NCBI GenBank assembly: GCA_030373045.1
Contig: JAUCPW010000002.1
Location: 16,985 to 80,984 of the forward strand
DNA from: Candidatus Fermentibacter sp.
Lineage (GTDB): Bacteria; Fermentibacterota; Fermentibacteria; Fermentibacterales; Fermentibacteraceae
Reading direction: 5' to 3'
DNA: 64,000 nt
Below the pieces are notes generated by a model that saw nothing but the letters and a program-made list of their open reading frames with translations, was not told the origin of the DNA and did no database searches. A program made the translations under genes and the position numbers. Numbering within the stretch: the stretch's first letter is position 1; every line of letters begins with the position of its first letter. Positions 36,203 through 45,553 of this stretch are shown one piece after another.

Positions 36203-37451
36203 AGCTCTCGAATACCTTTTCAGCCGCCGCAGGCTGGGGATGAAGTACGGGCTTCCCCGCATGAAGGCCCTGATGCGCGATCTGGGATCGCCTCAGGACG
36301 CATTCCGCACCATCCACGTCGTCGGGACCAACGGGAAGGGCAGCACCACCGCCCTCCTGGCGGAGACGGCCAGGCTGCTCGGATTCCGCACCGGGCGCAA
36401 CACATCTCCCCACCTCCTGGATTTCCGCGAGAGGATCGCGGTGGATGCGGCATGGATCCCGCCCGATTCCGTGACCGAGTTCATCCGCGACAAGCGGGGT
36501 CTCATCGAGAGGCACGAAGCCACCTTCTTCGAGATAACCACGGCGATGGCGGCCTGGCACTTCGCACGGACAGGCGTGGAGTGGGCCATCGTGGAGGCCG
36601 GACTCGGAGGGCGGCTCGACGCCACGAGGACTTTCGGCGGGCGATGCACCGTCTTCACCGGCGTGGACATAGAGCATCGGAGGATACTCGGTCCGACGAA
36701 GTCCGCCATCGCAGGCGAGAAGCTCGCCATCGCCCCCAGGGGCACCGTGCTGGTCTGCCACAGGCAGCACGGGCCGGTCGAGCGGATGGTGCGTGACGCC
36801 GTGACCGCCCGCGGCCTGGACAGGATAGTGCCGTCACCGACCGCTCTGGCGCCTCTTCCCGGTGAGCATCAGCTCTGGAACGCGGCTCTGGCCCTCGCGG
36901 CGGCGGAGTCGGCGTTCGGCAGGCCCTCCGGTGAGGTGGCGGAAGCCTTCGCCCGGGCTTGCCGGAGCCTGAGATGGCCCGGAAGGCTCGACCTTCGCAG
37001 AGGGAAGCCGGACGTGCTCTTCGACGTCTCGCACAATCCCCAGTCCGTGGCCAGGCTCTGCGAGTACCTGTCCGCACTGGGCCGCCGGTCCGCCGGGGTG
37101 GTGGGCTTCCTGGCCGACAAGCCGTGGAGGCGGATGGCATCGATGCTGAGCGGGTACGTCGACCCTGTCGTCGCGACAACCCCTCTTTCGGACAGGCTGC
37201 TCCCGGCCGGCCGGCTCGATACGGAGTTCAGTCGGCTGGGCTTCGACTCGAGGCCGGTGGATCCGGTGGAGGCCGCGGTGGCCGCGGGACGGGGGCTCGC
37301 TCCCGATCTCCTCGTCGTGGCCGGATCCTTTTATGTTGTGGGAGACGCGATGCTTTCAGCCTGGCGGAACGGCTGGACCGAGGGGCCGTCGGGCGAGGAG
37401 AGCCAGATCCTCGACACCCCTCCGGACGCTGTCGCCGCGGGACTGCACTAG
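36189..37451 (+). CDS. folC: Folylpolyglutamate synthase / dihydrofolate synthase
   Basis: YLFSRRRLGMKYGL and HVVGTNGKGST (Mur-ligase P-loop). Confidence 0.85.
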   Translation: MRYAEALEYLFSRRRLGMKYGLPRMKALMRDLGSPQDAFRTIHVVGTNGKGSTTALLAETARLLGFRTGRNTSPHLLDFRERIAVDAAWIPPDSVTEFIRDKRGLIERHEATFFEITTAMAAWHFARTGVEWAIVEAGLGGRLDATRTFGGRCTVFTGVDIEHRRILGPTKSAIAGEKLAIAPRGTVLVCHRQHGPVERMVRDAVTARGLDRIVPSPTALAPLPGEHQLWNAALALAAAESAFGRPSGEVAEAFARACRSLRWPGRLDLRRGKPDVLFDVSHNPQSVARLCEYLSALGRRSAGVVGFLADKPWRRMASMLSGYVDPVVATTPLSDRLLPAGRLDTEFSRLGFDSRPVDPVEAAVAAGRGLAPDLLVVAGSFYVVGDAMLSAWRNGWTEGPSGEESQILDTPPDAVAAGLH

Positions 37452-37463
37452 GAAGGAACTGAC

Positions 37464-37691
37464 ATGGCCGCTATCGAGACTGCAGAGACGAAGAAGCCCA
37501 GGACAGGCGCCGCTCCGGCCGACATCGAGCGGAATCCGTTCAGGATGCGCAACTACATCCTCTTCGCGGCGGGGCTCGCGATCATCGTGGGCGGGTGGTT
37601 CCTCCTCCGGGCCGGCAACATAACGCTTGCGCCCATCATGCTGGTGCTGGGATACTGCGCCGTTCTCCCGCTCGCGATCGTCCTGAAGTAG
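37464..37691 (+). CDS. DUF3098-like small membrane protein
   Basis: 75 aa. NYILFAAGLAIIVGGW...ITLAPIMLVLGY matches the Bacteroidota-type DUF3098 pattern. Confidence 0.6.
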   Translation: MAAIETAETKKPRTGAAPADIERNPFRMRNYILFAAGLAIIVGGWFLLRAGNITLAPIMLVLGYCAVLPLAIVLK

Positions 37692-37692
37692 G

Positions 37693-38451
37693 ATGAAGCC
37701 CCCGGCTCCGCTCTGCGCGGCTGCGGCCGCCCTCGCGCTGCTGGCTGTCCTGCAGTCGGCAGGCTGCGGCGGCGGCACGGCCGCCGGACCGGCCGGTTCC
37801 GATCCGGTCGAGTCCGACACCGTCTTCATACAGCTCGAGGGTGGCGAGTTCGTCACGTCCGAGGGCGACATAGTGCTGATCCAGCCCTTCGAGCTCATGG
37901 AGACCGAGGTGTCGAACCGGCTCTACGTCTGGCTCGCGGACGAAGCGGGCCTCGATCTGCCGCCCGATCCCGGGTTCCCCGCGATGGAGTACTACCTGAC
38001 CGCCATGCCCGACTATCCCGTAGTCAACGTCTCCGCTCTCGAGGCGGAGCAGGCGTGCGCCGTGCTCGGAGGCAGGCTCCCGACTCTGGCGGAGATGGAG
38101 TACGCCGCGTCCATCGGCCTTTCCGGGCCGTCGGCGGGGCTCTTCCCCTGGGGGACGCTGGATCCGGAGGATGCGGAGTTCCCCGCCAACTACCTCGCAT
38201 CCGACGACTGGGACCTGAGGAACCAGGACGGCTACCTCTTCACTGCGCCGGTGGGTTCGTTCCCGCGGAACCCTGCGGGCCTGGCGGATCTCGCCGGCAA
38301 CGTGGCGGAGCTCACCAGGCCGTCCGACAGCATCTGCACGGTGTTCGGCGGCTCGTGGCTCTCTCCGTCGGACGACTTGAGAATCGGCACCTGGTCGACC
38401 ATCTACGAGGGCGACAGAGCCCGCCACATCGGCTTCCGCATCGCCCGCTGA
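37693..38451 (+). CDS. Formylglycine-generating-enzyme (SUMF1) family lipoprotein
   Basis: Lipobox LQSAGC. Motifs GNVAELT, FGGSW and the terminal HIGFRIAR. Confidence 0.75.
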   Translation: MKPPAPLCAAAAALALLAVLQSAGCGGGTAAGPAGSDPVESDTVFIQLEGGEFVTSEGDIVLIQPFELMETEVSNRLYVWLADEAGLDLPPDPGFPAMEYYLTAMPDYPVVNVSALEAEQACAVLGGRLPTLAEMEYAASIGLSGPSAGLFPWGTLDPEDAEFPANYLASDDWDLRNQDGYLFTAPVGSFPRNPAGLADLAGNVAELTRPSDSICTVFGGSWLSPSDDLRIGTWSTIYEGDRARHIGFRIAR

Positions 38452-38454
38452 CAC

Positions 38455-39021
38455 CGGCCGGTTCCCGGCCGATTCCTGGTTTCAGATGCTTCAGATGCAG
38501 TCGTAACCGCATGGTGTGAAACCAGATGACATCAGAACTGATTTCGCGGTACGCATGATAATGGTACACATCTGCGATATAGTGTTGATTTCTATCGTCA
38601 AGGCCGTTCATTCCCAGCGCGAAATCGACGGGTAGCGTAACAGCTGTTTCCGTAGATAACGGCGAGTGCGCATGCCATCATCATCGAGGCTGGAGAGAGT
38701 GTCGACAGCCCTTCGGGAATCGTCTGAGAGGTGCGCTCCGGGCCCTCTCGCGGTTCGCCAAGCCTCATTGACCGGATCGATGGCGAACCGCTGCCGGGCC
38801 AGCTTGTTTCCGCGAACGTCTGCGGAAGTGCACTCCGGCCTTCTCGCTGCCCGCCAGACGTGTTTCATCGGGATAATGGCGGGCATCTGCCGGGCCAGCT
38901 TGTTTCCGCGAACGTCTGAGGAAGTGCACTCCGGCCTTCTCGCTGCCCGCCAGACGTGTTTCATCGGAATAATGGCGGGCATCTGTCAGGCCAGCTTGTT
39001 TCCGCGAACGCGGAAACAAGC
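38455..39021. repeat. Left copy of the low-GC structured intergenic element (inverted relative to 41181-41550)
   Basis: Manual alignment with the reverse complement of 41181-41550. The terminal 59-nt block matches at 55/59 positions. The tRNA-proximal hairpins are homologous. Confidence 0.8.
38791..39010. repeat. 96-bp tandem repeat, about 2.3 copies
   Basis: Units start at 38791, 38887 and 38983. Units 1 and 2 differ at 2 positions. Confidence 0.9.
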
Positions 39022-39022
39022 G

Positions 39023-39099
39023 TGGTGGGCGAAGAGGGATTCGAACCCCCGACTTCCTGCGTGTAAGGCAGGCGCTCTAACCAGCTGAGCTATTCGCCC
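39023..39099 (-). tRNA. tRNA-Val (anticodon UAC), CCA encoded
   Basis: GGGCGAATAGCTCAGCTGGTTAGAGCGCCTGCCTTACACGCAGGAAGTCGGGGGTTCGAATCCCTCTTCGCCCACCA folds as a cloverleaf with anticodon loop CTTACAC. Confidence 0.9.
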
Positions 39100-39112
39100 A
39101 CCGCGGCCCGAA

Positions 39113-39118
39113 GGTATA
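39113..39118 (+). promoter_or_regulatory. Candidate -10 box (TATAAT) for the ACT-repeat gene
   Basis: A perfect TATAAT lies 47 nt upstream of the ATG at 39165. GGAGG lies 6 nt before the ATG. Confidence 0.3.
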
Positions 39119-39164
39119 ATCGTCATCTGTGGCGTGAGGCAACAGCAAGCCCCGGAGGCTCGGG

Positions 39165-40973
39165 ATGTCCGGTCAGGGTTCGATGTGCGGGATGGATCAG
39201 CTGCTGGACGGTGTGTGTCCCGGGAACGTCATCTCGTCCGACAGGCGGGCACGGCTGTATGCCCGGCTGCTGGAGGAGAGCAGGAGAGCGGGGAACATGC
39301 CCCGCGTCGTCGTCGAAACCGACGAGGACGACCTTTCGATACTCGCCGTCACCGCCACGGACTGGCCCGGCCTTGCCGCGATATGTCTGAGTGCGATGCA
39401 GTTCCACGGCTGGAACCTCGATTTCGCTGAAGCCTTCGCGGTCAGTGACGGCGAAATGCGCAGGGGCTTCCTGATCACCGGGATACGTGACACCAACCCC
39501 GAACGGCGGCGCGAATTCGGGGCGGATTCCCTCAAGATGCAGAGCCTCCTCGAGAATCTGGCCGAGGGCCGATCGGACACGATGTCGCTCATGGCCAGAG
39601 CCTCCGAGAGGCTCGAGATCTATGAGCGGATCAAGACGCAGGTGAAGGTGCACTACAAGGACAGACCCGTGCCGGAGGCGCTGATGGGTCCGGTCGGAGA
39701 GCTGATCCTCTTCGTCTCCTCGCGCTCCGACGAGTATCTGAGGGAGCGCCGGCCGGAGGACCTCGCCCACATGGTCGTCACTAACCACGACCTGATCGAG
39801 GGGGTGAGGGCCAGGCGCGGCAGGGCCCTGTTCAAGATCCGCAACATAAGGACGACGAGGGAGCATCTCACAGGGATCAACATCGCGGGATACGAGAGGG
39901 ACATCTCCTTCCAGGACAGCCTCACCGCGTTGAGCTTCGCCTGGCCCGGAGCGACGATAAGGCATCAGAGGCGGTACACGACCGGAGACGGCATCATCTC
40001 CATCCGGGTCGAGATGTCCGGCCCCTCGGGCCTCGCAGCCAGCCGCGAGGAGATCCGGAGGATGACCGACACGCTCAGGCGCCTCCTCGTGAAGAACGAG
40101 CTGGAGAGGCTCAAGAAGATCAGGCGCTATGGCGGGCGGGAGCACTACGCGAGGGCTCTGATCCCGCTGCTGCTGAAGGAATGCGATACCACCGGGATGA
40201 GCCAGGCCTACATCGCGCTCGATTCCTCCTCCACCTTCTTCGCCGAACTGAAGATCCTCCTCGTCACCGCAGCGGATGGGATGGAGGATCACGACAGGAA
40301 GGTGCTCGCCCTGGTGGGCGCCATCGACAGGCTTGCCGGGATGGCCGTGGTGTCGTTCAAGTCTCCGTCGAACTACGGGCAGAAGTGGGTTGATCTGCTC
40401 GACGTCACCGTCCAGAAGGATGCCTATCACGATCTCGAGGATGCCTACGAGGCTATCAAGCGCTGCATGGAGGAGACGATAGGGCAGTTCCGCGACTTCG
40501 ACATGGGCATGCGGCTGAACGATGTGAAGCAGCTCAGGGAGATCCGCGACATCCTCCCCGACATCCCCGACAGCGCGGTGACCGACTTCTACTACTGCCT
40601 GGAGGACTTCCTCAGGGCGAGTTCACCGGTGGAGGAGCTGGGCCTCCACATCAGACTCGCATTCGAGACGCTCAGCGATGCCCTGAGAACCGGTGGTGAC
40701 TGCGTACCGCCCACATCGGCGGTCGTGGTCACTGAAGGCAAGAAGGTCGCCACACTCTTCTGCTGCATCCTGCCCGAGCATGCCCACACCTTCCAGGATC
40801 TGCTCGACACGGTCAAGGAGTACAAGGTGACGGCCAGCCTGATCGACTGGTCGGGGCTGCACTCGGTTCTTCTCAGGGTCCACGACAGGAGCGGGGCGCT
40901 CTCCGATGCCGACTCGGCAAGAGTGCTCGGTATCCTGACCGGAGTCTGCAGGCGGATTCCCTCGAGCGACTGA
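39165..40973 (+). CDS. Hypothetical protein made of several ACT-like domains
   Basis: LSILAVTATDWPGLAAICLSAMQFHGWNLDFAEAF resembles GlnD-type ACT domains. Similar beta-alpha-beta-beta-alpha-beta-like segments recur, ending with ATLFCCILPEHAHTFQDLLDTV. No catalytic motif was recognised. Confidence 0.55.
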   Translation: MSGQGSMCGMDQLLDGVCPGNVISSDRRARLYARLLEESRRAGNMPRVVVETDEDDLSILAVTATDWPGLAAICLSAMQFHGWNLDFAEAFAVSDGEMRRGFLITGIRDTNPERRREFGADSLKMQSLLENLAEGRSDTMSLMARASERLEIYERIKTQVKVHYKDRPVPEALMGPVGELILFVSSRSDEYLRERRPEDLAHMVVTNHDLIEGVRARRGRALFKIRNIRTTREHLTGINIAGYERDISFQDSLTALSFAWPGATIRHQRRYTTGDGIISIRVEMSGPSGLAASREEIRRMTDTLRRLLVKNELERLKKIRRYGGREHYARALIPLLLKECDTTGMSQAYIALDSSSTFFAELKILLVTAADGMEDHDRKVLALVGAIDRLAGMAVVSFKSPSNYGQKWVDLLDVTVQKDAYHDLEDAYEAIKRCMEETIGQFRDFDMGMRLNDVKQLREIRDILPDIPDSAVTDFYYCLEDFLRASSPVEELGLHIRLAFETLSDALRTGGDCVPPTSAVVVTEGKKVATLFCCILPEHAHTFQDLLDTVKEYKVTASLIDWSGLHSVLLRVHDRSGALSDADSARVLGILTGVCRRIPSSD

Positions 40974-41037
40974 TCCCCGTCCGGCAGCGCGTTCTTCTTG
41001 ACAGCGGGCGGAGCGTTTAGCTAGCTTCACGCCCCGT

Positions 41038-41113
41038 GGCGGCGTAGCTCAGTTGGTAGAGCAGAGGAATCATAATCCTCGGGTCAGGGGTTCAAGTCCC
41101 TTCGCCGCTACCA
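41038..41113 (+). tRNA. tRNA with CAU anticodon (elongator Met or Ile2), CCA encoded
   Basis: GGCGGCGTAGCTCAGTTGGTAGAGCAGAGGAATCATAATCCTCGGGTCAGGGGTTCAAGTCCCTTCGCCGCTACCA. Positions 1:72 are paired (G:U) and the anticodon stem lacks the GGG/CCC run, so it is not an initiator tRNA. Confidence 0.85.
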
Positions 41114-41121
41114 GGTCTTCA

Positions 41122-41150
41122 GGGGGGGCTTCGTGTCCCCCCATTCATTT
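41122..41150 (+). terminator. Rho-independent-like terminator after the tRNA(CAU)
   Basis: GGGGGGGC-TTCGT-GTCCCCCC followed by ATTCATTT. Confidence 0.5.
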
Positions 41151-41180
41151 CGGCGTCAGCGGAGATGAAGAGCCGGCATT

Positions 41181-41550
41181 CTTGTTCCCTGCATCTACAG
41201 GAACAAGCTGGCCCGGCAGCGATTCGCCAGCGTGACAGCATCGGGCAAGACGAACCGGGAAAGGGCCCGGGCGTACTTCCATGTTACTTTCTCGGCGGGA
41301 AGCGAGAAGACCTTACCGTACTTCCTCAGACACTGCATGCAGATCTATCGACATTCTGTCCAGCTGTAATGATGTTGGCCCCCTTCGAATTTGCACTGCG
41401 GTAATGACGATCCGATGACAGATATCAACACTGATACGCAGATATATGCTGCCATTATACGTATCTCTTGGTCCATCGCGAGGTTATCAGGTTTCACGCC
41501 ATGCGGTTAGGACTGCATCTGAAACATCTGAAACCAGGAACCGGCCGGGG
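41181..41550. repeat. Right copy of the low-GC structured intergenic element
   Basis: Reverse complement aligns with 38455-39021 (see that entry). Confidence 0.8.
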
Positions 41551-41566
41551 ACCTATATTCGCAGGC

Positions 41567-42523
41567 ATGAAGTCGTCCCTGGAACTCAGATTCATCTCGA
41601 CCGTCAAGCGGGAGGGGCTGCTCCCCCGAGGGCACTCCGTGATCGCCGCCGTTTCAGGAGGCGCCGATTCGGTCTGCCTCCTCGACATGCTGCTGAGGTT
41701 CCGACGCCACATGGCCTGGAAGCTATCGGTGCTCCACGTCGACCATTCCTACAGGAAAGCCAGCGTGTCGGACGCATCCTTCGTCGAAGATCTCGCGAAG
41801 GCGGCGGGGCTGCCCTTCATCCTTCGGAAGCTCCCGGCCAGGAGCAGGAGCTCCTCTCCGGAGGCGGACTTCAGCGCGGCGCGACAGGCCATCTACGAGG
41901 AGGCTGCCGGCGAAGGGCTGGTCGCAGTCGGCCACACCGCATCCGACCGTGCTGAAACCCTCCTGATGAGGCTCGTCGAGGGTGCAGGGCTCAGGGGCCT
42001 CGGCGGGATGGACTACTTCGGTGTCGGCCCCGTCAGACGGCCGCTTCTCGACATGACCGCGCGAGAGACGAGAGCATATCTGAGTGAAAGGGGCGGGGTC
42101 TGGATCGAGGACGAGACCAATTCGGACCCGGGATTCCTCCGGAACAGGATGAGGCGTGAGATTCTCGAACCCCTCGAGGATTCGCTGCCCGGGGTCTCCA
42201 GGAGGATCGCATCCTCTTCCGCCAACCTCGGTTCCTGGCGCCGGGTCGCCGAAGGCCTGACGACGGCGGCAGTCGGCAGGCTGGGCGGAGAGGGGAACGA
42301 GCTCGACAGACGCACATTCACGAGATATGAGAAGGCGCTCAGGCAGTCGGTCCTCTGGGAGCTGTGCGGCAGGCCGAGGTCGGGTTCCGCCGAGATCGAC
42401 AAGACCGATGCCTGGCTGCTCGCGGGCGGATGTGGAGAGAGGCTCCTCCCCGGGGGCGCCGTACTGACCGCCGGGCCTGAGACACTGCTCTTTTCACGGA
42501 AGGGAGGCGGGCGCTGGAGATGA
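41567..42523 (+). CDS. tilS: tRNA(Ile)-lysidine synthase
   Basis: The start was trimmed to MKSSLELRF. Motif VSGGADSVCLL (PP-loop). TATATT lies 7 nt upstream of the ATG. Confidence 0.85.
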   Translation: MKSSLELRFISTVKREGLLPRGHSVIAAVSGGADSVCLLDMLLRFRRHMAWKLSVLHVDHSYRKASVSDASFVEDLAKAAGLPFILRKLPARSRSSSPEADFSAARQAIYEEAAGEGLVAVGHTASDRAETLLMRLVEGAGLRGLGGMDYFGVGPVRRPLLDMTARETRAYLSERGGVWIEDETNSDPGFLRNRMRREILEPLEDSLPGVSRRIASSSANLGSWRRVAEGLTTAAVGRLGGEGNELDRRTFTRYEKALRQSVLWELCGRPRSGSAEIDKTDAWLLAGGCGERLLPGGAVLTAGPETLLFSRKGGGRWR

Positions 42524-43050
42524 ACGAGGAATGCCACGAGATACTGATCCACCGGGAGGAAATAGCCCGCCGGACCGGGATAATCGCTCGCGGGATCACC
42601 GATCTGTACCGCGGAGAGACCCCCGTCCTGATGCCCCTCCTGAAGGGGGCCTTCGTCTTCGCCGCCGATCTGGCGAGGAGGATCGAACTCGACCTTGAAG
42701 TGGAGTTCCTGGGCGCCTCCAGCTACGGCGGGGCGACCGAGACCTCGGGGGAGATCAGGCTTACCCTTGATACCTCCACCCCCCTCTCGGGCCGCCATGT
42801 GCTTATCGTGGAGGATATTGTGGACACGGGCCTCACCCTGGCGTATATTCAAAAGCTCGTCCGCTCTCGCGGCGTCGCGTCCCTTCGCACGGCCGTCCTG
42901 CTGGACAAGCGCTGCCGGAGGAGGGTGGAGGTCGACCTCGACTGGGTCGGCTTCGTCATCCCGGACAGATTCGTCTTCGGATACGGACTGGACGGCCCGG
43001 GAGGCCTGTACAGGAACCTGCCGGACATCACGGCCCTTCCAGCGGAGTGA
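42520..43050 (+). CDS. hpt: Hypoxanthine phosphoribosyltransferase
   Basis: LKGAFVFAADL and VLIVEDIVDTGLTL (PRPP motif). ATGA overlap with tilS. Confidence 0.9.
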   Translation: MNEECHEILIHREEIARRTGIIARGITDLYRGETPVLMPLLKGAFVFAADLARRIELDLEVEFLGASSYGGATETSGEIRLTLDTSTPLSGRHVLIVEDIVDTGLTLAYIQKLVRSRGVASLRTAVLLDKRCRRRVEVDLDWVGFVIPDRFVFGYGLDGPGGLYRNLPDITALPAE

Positions 43051-43054
43051 ATAG

Positions 43055-45019
<1,965 letters not shown>

Positions 45020-45553
45020 GCTCATCCTCGAGGGGATAGGCGAGGACCTCCAGCGCGAGGGCCTTGTGGACACCCCCTGCAGGACCGCGAAATCGTTCGC
45101 CGAGCTCTGCAGGGGCATGGATCCCGCCAGCGCCAGGTCGATCAGGACCTTCCACGCCGAGGGCCATAACGAGCTCGTCATCGTGAAGGACATCAGCTTC
45201 TCGTCGATGTGCGAGCACCACCTGCTGCCCTACGTGGGCAGATGCGACGTGATCTACCTGCCAGCCGACGACAGGATCGCGGGCCTGAGCGCGATCGTGG
45301 AGACCGTCGAGACGATGGCCGCCAGGCTCACCACCCAGGAGAGGCTCACCACCGAGATCGCCGACAGGCTGATGCAGGAGATCCAGGCCAGGGGCGTGAT
45401 GGTCGTGATGGAGGCCGAGCACATGTGCCTCGCGATCAGGGGCGTGCGCAAGCGCGACTCGCGGATCGTCACGTCCGCCATGAGGGGCTACCTCCGCAGG
45501 CTGACCACCCGCAGCGAAGCCCTGGCGCTGATCGGCCGATCGACGAGCGTGAG

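Noticed and set aside
38608-38982. 124-aa ORF with an internal repeated peptide (MPAIIPMKHVWRAARRPECTS...) across the 96-bp tandem repeat.
   Set aside because: The repeat of the peptide simply mirrors the DNA tandem repeat. There is no SD and no start context, and the homologous module in the right arm does not keep the frame.
38791-39010. Possible CRISPR array.
   Set aside because: The 96-bp units are contiguous, with no repeat-spacer alternation and no unique spacers. No cas genes are nearby.
41468-41566. A conserved peptide FH(T/A)MRL(R/G)LHLKHLKPG(I/T)GR is encoded by both inverted arms. In the right arm it is in frame with tilS.
   Set aside because: Of the 4 nucleotide differences in the 59-nt block, 3 are non-synonymous in that frame. 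The third copy (48357-48400) has stop codons in the equivalent frame. Conservation is therefore at the DNA/RNA level, and tilS most likely starts at 41567.
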